64,000 nt of DNA from Phaeosaccion multiseriatum. Lineage: Eukaryota > Protista > Ochrophyta, other classes. The notes beneath the pieces are model-generated. The model was not told the origin of the DNA and searched no databases. It saw only the letters and a program-made list of their open reading frames with translations. Of the stretch, positions 29,129 to 42,164 are shown one piece after another (within the stretch, counting starts at the first letter, position 1; each line of letters begins with the position of its first letter). The DNA lies in NCBI GenBank assembly GCA_965112735.1, contig OZ218955.1:1426001-1490000 (forward strand), in the 5' to 3' direction. A program made the position numbers and the translations under genes.

Positions 29129-31598
29129 CACACAAACACACACACACCTCAACATGGCCGTGCGCAAGAGCGTCAATGAAGGGCACTCTTCCGTGCAAGT
29201 CCCTATGATTGGGATCGACACCCAAGTAGAGGAGGGTCTGCACACACTCCACAGAGCCGCTGCGAGCCGCCAGGTGGAGGGCGTTGACCTGCCAAAAGAG
29301 TGAGGGAGAGGAAGGGGAGGAGGGGGAAGGGAGGGGAGGGGAGAGGGAGGGGAGAGGGAGGGGAAGGCGTCTGAAGTCAGTCAGTAGTTTCAGGTGTGTG
29401 TGCATGTATGTGTGTGCGTGTGTGCGTGTGTGTGCATGCGCCATGCACACACACACGCACACACGCACACACGCACACACGCACACACACACTCACCGAC
29501 CCCACCCCATCCATCCACCCACCCACCCACCCATCCCCCCACCCACTGACTTACTACCCACCCACCCACCCATTGACTTACTACCCACCCACCCACTCAC
29601 CTGTGTCTCTCCACACAGGCTATTCACGTCCACCTCGTGGGCTCCAAGGTAAGAGAGCATATTGTTTCTGCAGTGTAGAGCAGCAAGGTGCAAGCAGGAG
29701 GTGGAACCGTCCCCTCCCTCCTCGACGGACACAAGGCAATTGGCGTCCAGACCGCTGTCCATGAGCTGCGACGTGAGGTAGTGGAGTCCGCCTATGACTG
29801 CTTCGTGGAGGACCTGGGAAGCCGGGGGGGTGTCAGGACAGAAGGTGGATGGGTGGGGTGTCAGGACAGAGGGGGGAGGGATGGATGTCAGGACAGAGGG
29901 TGGGTGGGTGGGTGGGTGGATGTCAGGACAGACGGTGGATGGGTGGATGTCAGGACAGAGGTTGGGTGTGGGTCGGTGGAGGGGGAACCCTCCCTGTTGA
30001 GACCCCCCTCCCTCCTGACCACCATCCACTGCCATCCCCGCCTCCCCTGCCCCCCCCCGTGTGCGTACCTGCGGCAGCAGCTCCACCTTGGGCCTGGAGA
30101 GAAGGTACTCCACCACCTGTGTCAGCAGTTTCAGTTCACGGGCATATCGGCCACAGTTTCAGTTCACAGGCATATCGGCCACAGTTTCAGTTCACAGGCA
30201 TTATCGGCCACAGTTTCAGTTACAGTTTCAGTTATCAAAAACTCAAACAACCACATACCACCCATATACCCGTAAAGCCCATTTACGATATATCCATATA
30301 CCCATATACCTCTACCCGTCGACCTCTATACCCATACACCTCTTTTCCCACATAAAAATGTCCCCCCATATACCTGCGTATGCTTGCCCCTCACGGCCAG
30401 CTGCAGCGCGCTCTCCCCTGCCCTGTTCTTGGCATTGAGGTCAAAGCCCAAGGCTACAAGCTTTCGCACCATGCCCAAGCGACCCGCCTTGGCTGCCACC
30501 GACAACAACGTGTTGCCCCAAGGGTCGCGGAGGTCCTGGTGGTGTGGGGGGGGGGGGAAGAAGAAGAGGAGGAGGGGGAGCGAGGAGGAGGAGGAGGAGG
30601 AGGAGGAGGAGGAGGAGGAGGAGGAGGAGGAGGAGGAGGAGGAGGAGGAGGAGGAGGAGGAGGGAGGAGGAGGAGGAGGAGGAGGAGGAGGAGGAGGAGG
30701 AGGAGGAGGAGGGGGAGGAGGAGGAGGGGGAGTGAGGGTGGAGGTGGGGGTAGGGATCAAATCTCCCTTCCTCCCTTAAGTCCTCCTCCTCCTCCTCCTC
30801 GCCCCCTCCCTCCCCACATACCTCTAACATGCCCTCCACCCCCCCTCCCCCCGCCACAAACTAACAACCCTCACCTTGTTAAAGCCTTGGCCTCCCTTGC
30901 CCTCTCCTCCTCCCCCTCCTCGTCCTTCGCTGTCTTTGAACAGCACTGCCACGCGCACCTCATCCCCTTCTCGTGCCTGCCATAGAATGTCGTTTTGCAC
31001 TATTTTGCGCCGTCGCTTGACCTGATCGTGGGAGTACATAGGTGGGTGTAAGTGGAAGTGGGTATAGTTGTCAGTTATCAGTTTTCACACTTCATTTCGA
31101 CCTTATAATACGTAATGCAAACTCAAATTCAAATTCAGAAGGGGATCATTCTCGACATGAGGTGTAGAGACGTGTGCAGAGTGGAGAGTTTGAAGTCTCA
31201 GTTGAGGGGTTTAGATGATAGGAGCAGAGATCGAGGGCTTGTGGGGGGTGTAATACAGAGAGAAAGAAGGCAGAGCGGAGCAGGGGAGAGCAGGGGAGAG
31301 AGGTGTCGTGTGCATTGTTAGACAGGGGAGAGATGCACAAACAGGCACACACCACGCACACACATACATGCATGCATACATACATCACACATGCACACAC
31401 ACATGCACACGCACACACGCACACATACACACACGCATACATGCACACACACATGCACACGCACACACACACATACACACATACTCGCACGCACACACAC
31501 ACACGCACACACATTCACACACACACACACACATATGCACACCCACACACACACACACATATGCACACCCACACACACCCACACACACACACACATAT

Positions 31599-31646
<48 letters not shown>

Positions 31647-34588
31647 GCACACCCACCTGCGCTCTGGCCACAAAGCCCCTACACGCGCGCTGAATGTGCG
31701 GCACCGCTCTCAAGCGCACTGCGTCCCACTTCCTCATGCGGAGTTGTGACACACGCGCCCGCGCCTGGTGAGCGCGAATAAAGTGAGCGATGGCAGTGGA
31801 CGCGTCGACTCGCTGCTTCTGGCGCCGCCGTCGGACCTCTCTGCGTTGTCTTCGGCGACGGACGAAGGTGCGTACGGCGCTTTGGATGAGCTGAGGATAG
31901 GGTAGGGGGGGGGGTAGGGGAAGGGGGAGGGGAAGGGAGAGGGGGAGGGGAGGGAGAGGAGATTAGAGATGGAGGGGATCTGGGAGTAGAGGCGTATGAG
32001 GAGAGGATAATAGATATTAGAGGCATATGGGAGGGAAGGGGAGGACTAGAGGCATATGGGAGGGAAGGGGAGACTAGAGGCATATGGGGAGGGAAGTGGA
32101 GACTAGAGGCATATGGGGAGGGAAGGGGAGACTAGAGGCATATGGGAGGGAAGGGGAGGGAGAGGAGATTAGAGATGGAGGGGATCTGGGAGTAGAGGCG
32201 TATGAGGAGAGGATAATAGATATTAGAGGCATATGGGAGGGAAGGGGAGGACTAGAGGCATATGGGAGGGAAGGGGAGGACTAGAGGCATATGGGAGGGA
32301 AGGGGAGACTAGGGGCATATGGGGAGGGAAGTGGAGACTAGAGGCATATGGGGAGGGAAGGGGAGACTAGAGGCATATGGGAGGGAAGGGGAGACTAGAG
32401 GCACATGGGAGGGAAGGGGAGGGGTAGAGGCATATAGGAGGGAAGGGGAGACTAGAGGCATATGGGGAGTGAAGAGGGGGTCATTGGCACTGACCTTGAT
32501 GGCGAGGTCAGAGCGTGCGTATCTGCAAATGGCGACTCTCCGACGTGCAAGGTGTCTCCGATAGCGGCACTGGAGCGTCAGAGCGGCTAAGGCGTGAAGG
32601 CGGAGACGGCGTTTGAGCACGGAGTGGACGGCCCAGTGACCACGGAAGGCAACCTGAGGGGAGTGGAGGGGAAGGGGAGGGTTGACGCCCTTCAGAGAGA
32701 CTTCCCAACAAGAAGCAAGCAAGCAAGCAAGCAAGCAAGCACGCTGCCCCTACCCCTCATGGGAAGGGGAGGGTTGACGCCCTTCAGAGAGACTTCCCAA
32801 CAAGAAGCAAGCAAGCAAGCAAGCAAGCAAGCACGCTGCCCCTACCCCTCATAGCCCCCCTCCCTCCCCTCCCTCCCCTCCCTCCCCTCACTCTCTCCCT
32901 CACCCCTCCCTCCTCTCCCTCCCCTGCCTCCCCTCACCTGTATCCGCAGCGCGGCCCTCTCTCTCCTCGCCCTCTGCACCGCCTGCCGGGTAAAGTCCGC
33001 CAAGCGCACACTCACAAACCTCCGACACCAGCACTGAATAGCCGTCGCTGCCTTCCTCCTCCGCTCCTTCGCCGCCTCTGCACGCTTCTTGGCGACGATC
33101 CTCCTGGCGATGTATTGCCAATACGCGCACTTGATGGTGCATGCCGCCAGATGCCTGGTGTGCCGCATCTTCTGCCTTCGCTGGTCACCACCCGTCACCA
33201 GCAGTTGGTGATCCTTGCCGTTGCCCTTGGCCCCCTTGTCCTTGTTCTTCTTCCCCTCCCCTTCATCTTCCTCGCCCTTGCCTCCCCTCTCGCCCTCACC
33301 CTCCCTCTGCATGCCGTTTCTCTTGCCCCCTCCCTGCCGCATCACCAATCTGTTCTGCACCTCAGGGGGCAGGGCGACACAGTACTCTCTGAGATGGCAC
33401 CGGATGGAACGCTGCACTGCCAGTTTGGCCTTGACCTCTCCCCAACACTCTCGGAGGGAGAAGCCTCGGTACGCGGCTTGGATGGTTTGGGCGGCGAAGG
33501 TCTCCAAGTGCAGTCGGAGTGTTCGAGTCTGTTGGTCAAGGGAGGGTCAGGGGTCAAGTGATGGCAGTGGATGTTAGAGGTGGTGGGGTGGAAGATGTGA
33601 AGGTGAGGGTAGAGTGAGGTTAATGAGGTGGAGAGAAAGAGGTGTGTGAAGGTGAGGGTGGAGTGAGGCTAATGTGCGGGTGGACATGTGTACAGGTGAA
33701 CAAACAAGTGATAGCGGCCCTCCCTCCCTCTGCTGGTCGGGCGCCTCCCCGTCCACTGTCACCCCCCTCCCCCCCCCCCATTAACCCCCCCCATCCACTG
33801 CCATCCCTCCCTCCTCACCCACCGACCAACCCATCCACCCACCCACCCACCCACCCACCCACCTGGCTTAGTCTCCGCATGAAGGCCGCATGCTCTGCCC
33901 ACAAGGCCTCATTGACAAGAGACATGTCGGGCCCAACACGCATGCCCCCCCCCCCCCCACCACACACTCCTTTCCCCCCAGCAGCCCTCGCCCCCGTCCC
34001 CACCCCGCTGCTGAACAAGTCTTCCCCCCTCCCTCCTCCTCCTGCTCCTCCTCCTCCTGCTCCTGCTCCTCCTCCTCTTCCTCGCCGCATGCTCGTCGCT
34101 GCGGTACCTCCGGGGGTAGGGGGAAAGCGTAGAGGGCTGGACTTATCCAACACCGTGAGGAAGGGGGCATCCTCCTCGTCATCTCCACCCCTCAATAGGG
34201 GCCCACCACCTTGCCCGCTACGACTTGCCAGCGAAGTTGTGTGGACTCTTCGCATCCTTCGGGCTTGGGAGATGGGGTCTACCACTGCTGTCACTGCTGG
34301 TGCTGTTGTATCACCAATTGCTGCTGATGCTTTTTGGCCTGCTGCTGCTCCCGAGGAGGAGGAGGAGGAGGAGGATGAACGAACAGCAGTAGCAGCGGTG
34401 GTGGCAGCCCTCCTTAGCACCCCCCCCCTCCTTGCTATTGGCTTGGTTGTCGTGACCACGCTAACGATATCACTATTGGTCACACGATGAGTCCACAGGT
34501 ACACGGGAGAGCTGCTCGGCTGCCCCTGTACAGTGACCACGATGTGGTCGTAGCTCCGCTTCTGCTCCTCCTCCTCATCCTCCTCCTC

Positions 34589-34627
<39 letters not shown>

Positions 34628-34658
34628 ATGTTGTTGTTGTTGTTGTTGTTGTTGTTGC

Positions 34659-34736
<78 letters not shown>

Positions 34737-35327
34737 CGTTCTTCTTCTTGTTGTCGTTCTTCTTCTTCTTCTTGTTGTTGTTGCTGTTGCTGCTGCTGTT
34801 GATGTTGTTGATGTTGTTGTTGTGTTTGTGGTTGTTGCTTCTTTCCCTCCTCATCATTGGTGGTTCTGGTGTTGCTGGTGGTGGCTTCTGTCTTTTCGTC
34901 GTGATGCTGGAGCTGCTTGAAGGCGTCCATCCATTCGTGTCGAGGGATAGCAAATGTGAGGCACGGGGGGGGGGGGGGGGCAAGGGGGTCAGAGAAGGTG
35001 TCAGTAGCGCAGGAAGGTGTGGGCGGAGTAATGGGAGGAGAGGAGAGGAGGGAGGGAGGAGAGAAAGAGAAGAGGCTGATCAGGACTGGATGAAGGTCTA
35101 TTCACAATGGGTTTCGATGTAGATCACCGTCAGCCAAAGAAAATACGACTCTTATTGCACTCGGCAGCAGCATGCTCCATCAGTTCGTTCTTTCGTTCTC
35201 TCTCGCTGGTCTGTGCTGAGCTCACCTCATTCTCCAGCGCGAAGCCTTCCTCAGAGGACATGCTTCGGTAAGACGGGAAAGGAGACCCTACCGAACTGCT
35301 GGCGGCAGCAGCGGTAGCAGCAGCCAT
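23551..35327 (-). CDS. Large IQ-motif + ankyrin-repeat protein, ~1860 aa, 16 exons, with poly-Q, poly-G and poly-E tracts
   Basis: Exons 35327-35226, ~34912-33863 (acceptor uncertain), 33528-32938, 32653-32495, 31890-31657, 31021-30875, 30535-30374, 30116-30069, 29813-29601, 29288-29148, 28505-27462, 27328-27185, 26488-26090, 25698-25495, 24819-24680, 24349-23551. IQ-like motifs [48 protein letters not shown] motifs [58 protein letters not shown]. Confidence 0.8.
24450..24688. repeat. 92-bp tandem repeat (~2.6 copies) spanning an exon/intron donor junction
   Basis: caagtacagtacctgcagtcg at 24484, 24576, 24668. Confidence 0.9.
25130..25480. repeat. (CCCT)n microsatellite; (AGGG)n on the gene sense strand at the intron 5' end
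   Basis: Direct reading. Confidence 0.95.
26645..27180. repeat. 12-bp CACTCACTCATG repeats followed by a long compound (AC)n tract
   Basis: Direct reading. Confidence 0.9.
30127..30235. repeat. ~27-bp minisatellite AGTTTCAGTTCAC(A/G)GGCATATCGGCCAC, ~3.5 copies
   Basis: Direct reading; lies just upstream of the acceptor of the 48-bp exon (minus strand). Confidence 0.85.
31930..32470. repeat. ~28-bp minisatellite GGAGACTAGAGGCATATGGGAGGGAAGG with a higher-order duplication
   Basis: Direct reading; fills most of intron 32494-31891. Confidence 0.9.
32668..32852. repeat. 92-bp tandem duplication containing (GCAA)n
   Basis: gttgacgcccttcagagagacttcccaacaag at 32681 and 32773. Confidence 0.9.
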
Positions 35328-36036
35328 GACCACCCTCTTTTTTCGGCGCTGAGCGGCCTTCCTTCTCCCTCTTCCCCTCTTTCCCTCCCTTGCCTTCTTG
35401 TGCTGATTAGGCACCCATTGCCCACCTCCTTTCTGCACAAAATTCTGCCGCTTTCCTTCCTCCTTCTCCCTCTCTCCCTCTCACTCCTTCAACTCCAGTG
35501 ATGGTACTGCCTTTGCATCCACTCCTCACACCGTGACGCCTTGGTCCTCCGCGATCGCAAGGCGATCGTGCTGTTACAGAAGTTTCAGTTTCAGCTTACT
35601 CTCTCTTTCTCGAGGCCCTCGATTTTTTTTCTTTCAAATACAGACCAACTGCCACAAAAAAATTGGAGAGTTGTCTTCACCATAAAAGGCGCGCAGAGAG
35701 TCGACGAGCGGAGAGGATTGGGAAGGTGGGGGAAGAGAGGACCAGTAGGAGGAGCAGTAGGAGGAACAGCAGGAGCAGGAGCAGGAGCAGCCGCAGCAGC
35801 CGCTGCTTGAGGGAGGGCTGAGGGGACCAAGCGTGGCTCCTCTCCCCCAACTCACTTCCATCTCCCTTGCCGCTCTGCAGCAGCAGGAGCAGCACGAGCA
35901 GGACAGCAGGTGCAGGAGGAGAAGAAAAGCGACGGGACAGACCTGGGTCTGACTGGACGGGGAGGAGCATCGGCGGCCAAGCCCTCACACACCCGTGAAG
36001 CACTACCGCTGAGCTCAAGCACCAGCAGTGGACAAT

Positions 36037-39000
36037 ATGGACGCCCGTGGGTTCTCTTTCCCGCTGCTGAAGGCCAAGCAAATCCTGGACTGCCTGCAGG
36101 ATCTTCAAATACCTCTGACGGAAGAGGTGCGTTGGAGAGCCGCCTTTGAGCCTCGCATCCTTCTCCGTTGTCATTGCCCTTCCCCCCTGCTTGCCCACAC
36201 ACACTCACGCACACACATCGCTGTTTCCTCTCCCAAGGCCCTCACAATGCCTGAGCGACATCGAGAGTCCATCATGCGCGTGTTTGAGCGACTCGTTGAG
36301 GCCACTACTGGCACCACGAGAGAGGAAATGGCACAGCCCGTCTTCGCAGGGTAAGCACAGCGGCACAAGCCGCCGCACGTCTTATGTTCTATTTTACAAT
36401 TCACACTCACTTCGAGACGTGGCATACTGTCTGTAGTGGGCCCCTGATTCGACCAAGCCGACGCAGAGCTCTCTCTCTCTCTCCCTCTCTCTCCCTCCCT
36501 CCAATAAATGCTCCACGAGAGACGTCGAACAGTGCTGACGAACACTTGCGGAGGCCCATGCGCGATGTACTGCCCCCCCCCCCCTCAATTCCCTCCCTCG
36601 CTCTCTTTCTTCCCTCCTCCCCCACCCATTCCCTCCTCCCTCTCTTTCTTTCTTCCCCCCTGCCCTCCATCCCCCCCCTCTCTTTCTTTCTGCCCTCCTC
36701 CCCTCCATTCCCTCTCTCTCTTTCTTTCTCCATCTCGCATCTCCCTGTCTCCCCTCGCCCCTGACCGACAGCTTAAATGTCCTCAACTACGCTGAGCTGC
36801 ACGAGGGTGAGTGAGCGAATGAATGAGGGAGGGAGGGGGTGATGAGCGAACCGAGTGAGTGACTCTAAATGTATTGCCTCGCAAGGCACATCCACAGCTG
36901 AAACACGCGAGTGCGGTGTATGGTGTGAGTGGGGGGCAGGCAGGTACAGCAGGCACTCTCTTCGTAGCGTGAGTAGGGGGCAGGCAAGGTGGGCAGGGAG
37001 ATGAGCGCGAGGGGGTGGAGGGTAGAGGGACTAACTCTTAAGTCGGACACTCTGAAGGGGTGGAGGGTAGAGGGACTAACTCAAGTCGGACACTCTGAGG
37101 GGGTGGAGGGTAGAGGGACTAACTCAAGTCGGACACCCTGCGAAATTATTCTCGCTCCCGGACATCTCTCCAGCGCAGCAATGTGTATCGACCTCCCCTT
37201 GCCCCACTTGCTTTGGTTTTGGTGGTACCCTCACGAAGCGTCCACACACACACATACATACAAACATACGCACATACATACGTACATACATGCATACATA
37301 CATACATACTTACATACATACATATATACATACATATACATACATACATACATACATACATACATACATACATACATACATACATACATACATACATGTC
37401 CATCACACCAGTCGCCAATAGGGCGGGCAGAATCACTCACTTCACCTCTCCTCCTTCCCCCTCCCCTTCCTCCCACCCCCTCCTACCCCCCACCAACACC
37501 CAAAGATTCCATCCCCGAGCTGGCCTTCTACCGTGCCTGTGCCAAGATGATGCGAGTATCTTGTGTGAACGACTTCTCCCAACAGGACCTCACCCGGCCC
37601 AACAAGCAGAGGATTCGCAAGCTTCTGTCCGCCGTCATCAACTTTTGCAAGTTCAGGGAGGAGAGGCTCGTGCTGTACAATGAGATCACCGCCAAGAAAG
37701 AGAAGGTCAGTCAGTCAGGATGGAAGGATGGAAGGACGGAAGGAAGGAAGGAAGGGAGGAAGGAAGGAGGTCAGTGAACTCCCTCACTCCCTCACTCACG
37801 TACACACTCACGACACTCTCTCCCTCCAGGCCGCTCCTCCCCTCCCCTCTCACCTCCCCCCCCCTAATCCCCCCCCCCCCCCATCCATTGCCATCCCCCC
37901 CCTCCCCAAGGCTCTGCACCACATGTCGTCTCTGCAGACGGAGGCCGCTCGACTGTCCAAGGAGCTGGAGGCCCTCAAGGAACAGACCAAGGAGGACAGG
38001 TATATGGGTATGGATGGGGATGGCAGTGGAAGGAAAGCAGCATGTCAACACTTCCAGTCTCAGCTCTCTTTCTCTCTATGCAATGCTTCTTCTTGTCCTC
38101 CTCCTCCTCCTCCTCCTCCTCCTCCTCCTTCATGAGTCTTCTTCATGCTTCTTCTTCTTCTTCATCTCCTCCTCCTCCTCGTCGTTGTCGTCGTCCTCGT
38201 CCCTCCCAACAGGTCGAGCATCGCTGCTGTGGAGCGCGACTGCCGTGCCGTGGAGGGGATAATCGCCGATAAGAACAGAGGGCAGGCAGAGATCAGACAG
38301 CAGAGCAGCGACTTCAAGAAGAGGAGCAACGATCTCAAGGTGGGTGGGGTGTGTACATGGGTGTGCGTATGTGCGTGTGCGTGCGTGTGTGCGTGCGTGT
38401 GTGTGTGCGTGTGCTCGCGCTTTGTGTTTTGCACTCGGGCACGTCCCCCCCCCCGCCACCGATCCACTTCCAACCGCAAAGTGAAACTGGTGCTCTCCCC
38501 TCCTCCCTCCCCCCCCCCCCACACACACACACATACACACCCGCACACGCTCACAGGACCGCAACGCCACATTAAGCCTTGACATTCAAACCTGCCTTGT
38601 GGAGCGCGAGAGGCTTCAGGGGCAAATTGTCAACTCTCCAGTGCGCATACGACGAGAGATGGTCGATCAGCAAGCCGGTGAGACTCAATGACTTACTGAC
38701 TCACTCATTCACTCCCTTACTCACTCACTCACTGGCTCACTCGCTGACTCACTTGCTCTGTGGCTCATTCACTCACCCACCCACTCTCCCTCACCCACCC
38801 CCTCCCTCCCTCCCTCCCTCCGTCCGTCCCTCAGCGCTGGAGAGGGAGCGGGCAGAGGGCCTGCAGGCAGAGAAGGAGGCTCTCAAGATGGACATGTCCG
38901 TGTCTATTGCGGCTGTGGCGGAACAGGAGACACTGGCGGCGGTGCAGGTGGGTGGGTGGTGGGTGTCAGGACAGAGGGTGGGTGGGTGGTAGGTGTCAGG

Positions 39001-40919
39001 ACAGAAGGCGGGTGGGTGGTGGGTGTCAGGACAGAGCGTGGGTGGGTGAAAGGTTGGATGGGTATGTGAGGTAGAGGGTGTGTGGGTGGGTAGTGGGTAG
39101 GTGTGCGTACGTGTGTGCGTGTGTGGGTAGGTGGGTGGGTAGTGGGTAGGTGTGTGTATGTGTGTGCGTGTGTGTGGGTAGGTGGGTGGGTAGTGGGTAG
39201 GTGTGTGTATGTGTGTGCGTGTGTGTGGGTAGGTGGGTGGGTAGTGGGTAGGTGTGTGTATGTGTGTGCGTGTGTGTGGGTAGGTGGGTGGGTAGTGGGT
39301 AGGTGTGTGTATGTGTGTGCGTGTGTGTGGGTAGGTGGGTGGGTAGTGGGTAGGTGTGTGTATGTGTGTGCGTGTGTGTGGGTAGGTGGATGGGTAGTGG
39401 GTAGGTGTGTGTATGTGTGTGCGTGTGTGTGGGTAGGTGGGTGGGTAGTGGGTACGTGTGTGTATGTGTGCGCGTGTGTGTGGGTAGGTGGGTGGGTAGT
39501 GGGTAGGTGTGTGTATGTGTGTGCGTGTGTGTGGGTAGGTGGGTGGGTAGTGGGTACGTGTGTGTATGTGTGCGCGTGTGTGTGGGTAGGTGGATGGGTA
39601 GGAGACACTTATCTCTTGTCTCTACCTGACCTCTTTTTGCCTACCTCATGTCTTTTAGCCCCTGTCTATAGCTATAGCTCACTCACTCACTCACTCACTC
39701 ACTCACTCACTCACTCACTCACTCACTCACTCACTCACTCCCTGACTTTCTCACTCCTTCCCTCCCTGCTGGACACCGACCCACAACACTCGTTCCCACC
39801 CGCAACCACCCACTCCCCCCTAACCCCCCCCCCCACCCAGACTATCGAGGAGGTGGAGACTGAGCTTTCTAAGCAGAAGGATGCCATCCAGGAGGTGAAG
39901 GCAACGCAGAGCACCGTCAGCGCCAACCGCTCCAGGAGCGCAGAGGAGGAGGCAAGAGTGCACAACTCGGAGCGGCAGGTGTGATACATACGGGTATATG
40001 GGTGTGATACAAACGGGTATATGGGTGTGATACATACGGGTATATGGGTGTGATACATACGGGTATATGGGTGGGATACATACGGGTGTATGGGTGTGAT
40101 ACATACGGGTATATGGGTGTGATACATACGGGTGTATGGGTGGGATACATACGGGTATATGGGTGTGATACATACGGGTTTATGGGTGTGATACATAAGG
40201 GTGTATGGGTGTGATACATACGGGTGTATGGGTGTGATACATACGGGTGTATGGGTGTGATACATACGGGTATATGGGTGTGATACATACGGGTGTATGG
40301 GTGTGATACATACGGGTGTATGGGTGTGATACATACGGGTATATGGGTGTGATACATACGGGTATATGGGTGTGATACATACGGGTATATGGGTGGGATA
40401 CATACGGGTGTATGGGTGGGATAGGGTAGGGGGATGGGGGGAGTTACCAACCAAACGCGCTGCTAAATATCGTGTACCTACTCCCTACCTCCTCCTCCTC
40501 CTCCTCCTCCTCCTCCTCCTCCTCCTCCTCCTCCTCCTCCTCCTCCTCCTCCTTCTCCTTCTCCTCCTTGTGGTGGCAATCTTCGCCAGCTGCACCGCTT
40601 GGAGGAGAAGGTGCAGCACATCCGACGGCAGGCGCGTGTCAAGGCAGAGGCCGCCGCTGTCGAAATGAAGGACATTCAGGCGGAGCTCAGAGAGGCCGAG
40701 CACGGCAGGAGAGCAATGTTGCACCGTCTGGACAGCGCTGAGGCCGACAAACTCAGGTGGGTAGTAAGTACGTCAATGGGTGGGTAGGGTAGTCGGTGGT
40801 GATGCCAGGACAGAGGGTGGGTGCGTGCGTGCGTGCGTGGGTGCGTGCGTGGGGTGCGTGGGTAAGAACATGATCGCACACTTACGCACACTAAAAAAAT
40901 TCACTCACCCTCTCTCACC

Positions 40920-40957
<38 letters not shown>

Positions 40958-41130
40958 GGCATGAACAGATGCTGACAGAAGCCCGCCGAGCCGCCTCGGA
41001 GGAGCAGGAGGAGTACTTGTCTCGCTTCCGCCAGATGGAGAGCGCTGTGTTGCAGCACCAGCGCGCCCTCCTCACTGCGGTGCGCTCTGTGTCTGTCCAC
41101 AGTACAGGCAGCGGAGTGGGGGGGCGGTGA
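36037..41130 (+). CDS. NUF2: Kinetochore protein Nuf2 (NDC80 complex), ~454 aa, 11 exons
   Basis: Exons 36037-36126, 36238-36350, 36772-36806, 37506-37705, 37911-37999, 38213-38339, 38557-38677, 38835-38947, 39841-39978, 40590-40756, 40959-41130 (1365 nt). FSFPLLKAKQILDCL, YAELHEDSIPEL, DFSQQDLTRPNKQRIRKLLSAVINFCKFREER, QIVNSPVRI, then coiled coil. Confidence 0.93.
37011..37137. repeat. ~43-45-bp tandem repeat x3, each copy containing GACTAAC
   Basis: ggggtggagggtagagggactaactc(tt)aagtcggacac x3. Confidence 0.9.
39080..39600. repeat. 51-bp G/T-rich minisatellite, ~10 copies
   Basis: 17-codon periodicity (VGRCVYVCACVWVGGWV) in the spurious ORF 39103-39984. Confidence 0.9.
39979..40421. repeat. 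23-bp minisatellite GTGTGATACATACGGGT(A/G)TATGG, ~19 copies, starting exactly at the NUF2 intron-9 donor
   Basis: Direct reading. Confidence 0.95.
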
Positions 41131-41579
41131 GAGGAGGGGCTTGGGGTGGGTGGTGAGCAGTGGGGGGCCGCTGCGGTGGGCGCGGTCGACACGTTTGTGT
41201 ATGTATTTGTGTGGGTGTGAGTGTGTGGGTGTGTGGGTGTGTGGGTATGTGTCCATCCACTGCCATCCCTGTCTCACAGTCCTGACGCCCCCGAGTCTGT
41301 CCATCGTTGATTGGGGACACCTGCATGGGCCTCTGTGTGTTGACTTTCGTTGTGTTAGTGGAACACCACATCCGACAGTGTTAAACGCTCCCAATACTTG
41401 CTTCCACGCAATCGACAGGCTACAATTGTACATGTAAATAAATACTACGAAGTATATCCCTTTCGTTTTATTTTTGAGTGTTCTGTTACATGTGATTATA
41501 AAATTAATGACTATAATAAAAAAAAACCTGGGTGAGTACGGACGGACAGGCGAGGGAGAGGCCGGAAAGCTCCAAGCTC

Positions 41580-41646
41580 CCGGTCTCTCTCTCTATCTCT
41601 CTCTCTCTTGATCTCCCCCCCCCCCCTCTCTCTTTCTCTCTTGATC

Positions 41647-41687
<41 letters not shown>

Positions 41688-42015
41688 ATCTTCCCCCCTC
41701 TCTCTCTGTCTCTCTCTCTCTTGATCTTCCCCCCCCTCTCTCTATCTCTCTCTCTCTCTTGATCTTCCCCTCTCTCTCTCTTCTCTCGCTTGATCTTCCC
41801 CTCTCTCTCTCTCTTGATCTTCCCCCCCCCCCCCCCTCTCTCTCTCTCTCTCTCTGTCTCTATCTCTATCTCATTCCCCCTCTCTCTTTTATCTCTCATC
41901 CCCTCTCTCTCTCACTATCTCTGTGTGTCTCTATCGCACATTCCCTCTCTCTCTGTGTGTCTCCCTATCTCTCATTCCCTCTCTCTCTCTCCCTCTCTCT
42001 CTCTATCTCTAACTC
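41580..42015. repeat. (CT)n compound repeat punctuated by TTGATCTTCCCC
   Basis: Direct reading. Confidence 0.85.
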
Positions 42016-42164
42016 TCATTCCCTCTCGCCGCGTAGACTTGGATCATCATGGCGGGGACTGTACTCTCCTACACCACATCTCGTACGACAGTACCACAGC
42101 GTTCCCCCCTATGACTTCTCATGCAGCCGCGCCGACCTCGTCTGACCCCTCCGCACAACAGCCG

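Noticed and set aside
39080-40421. Regular 51-bp and 23-bp arrays as a CRISPR array
   Set aside because: Head-to-tail units with no unique spacers, inside introns of a eukaryotic gene, and no cas genes.
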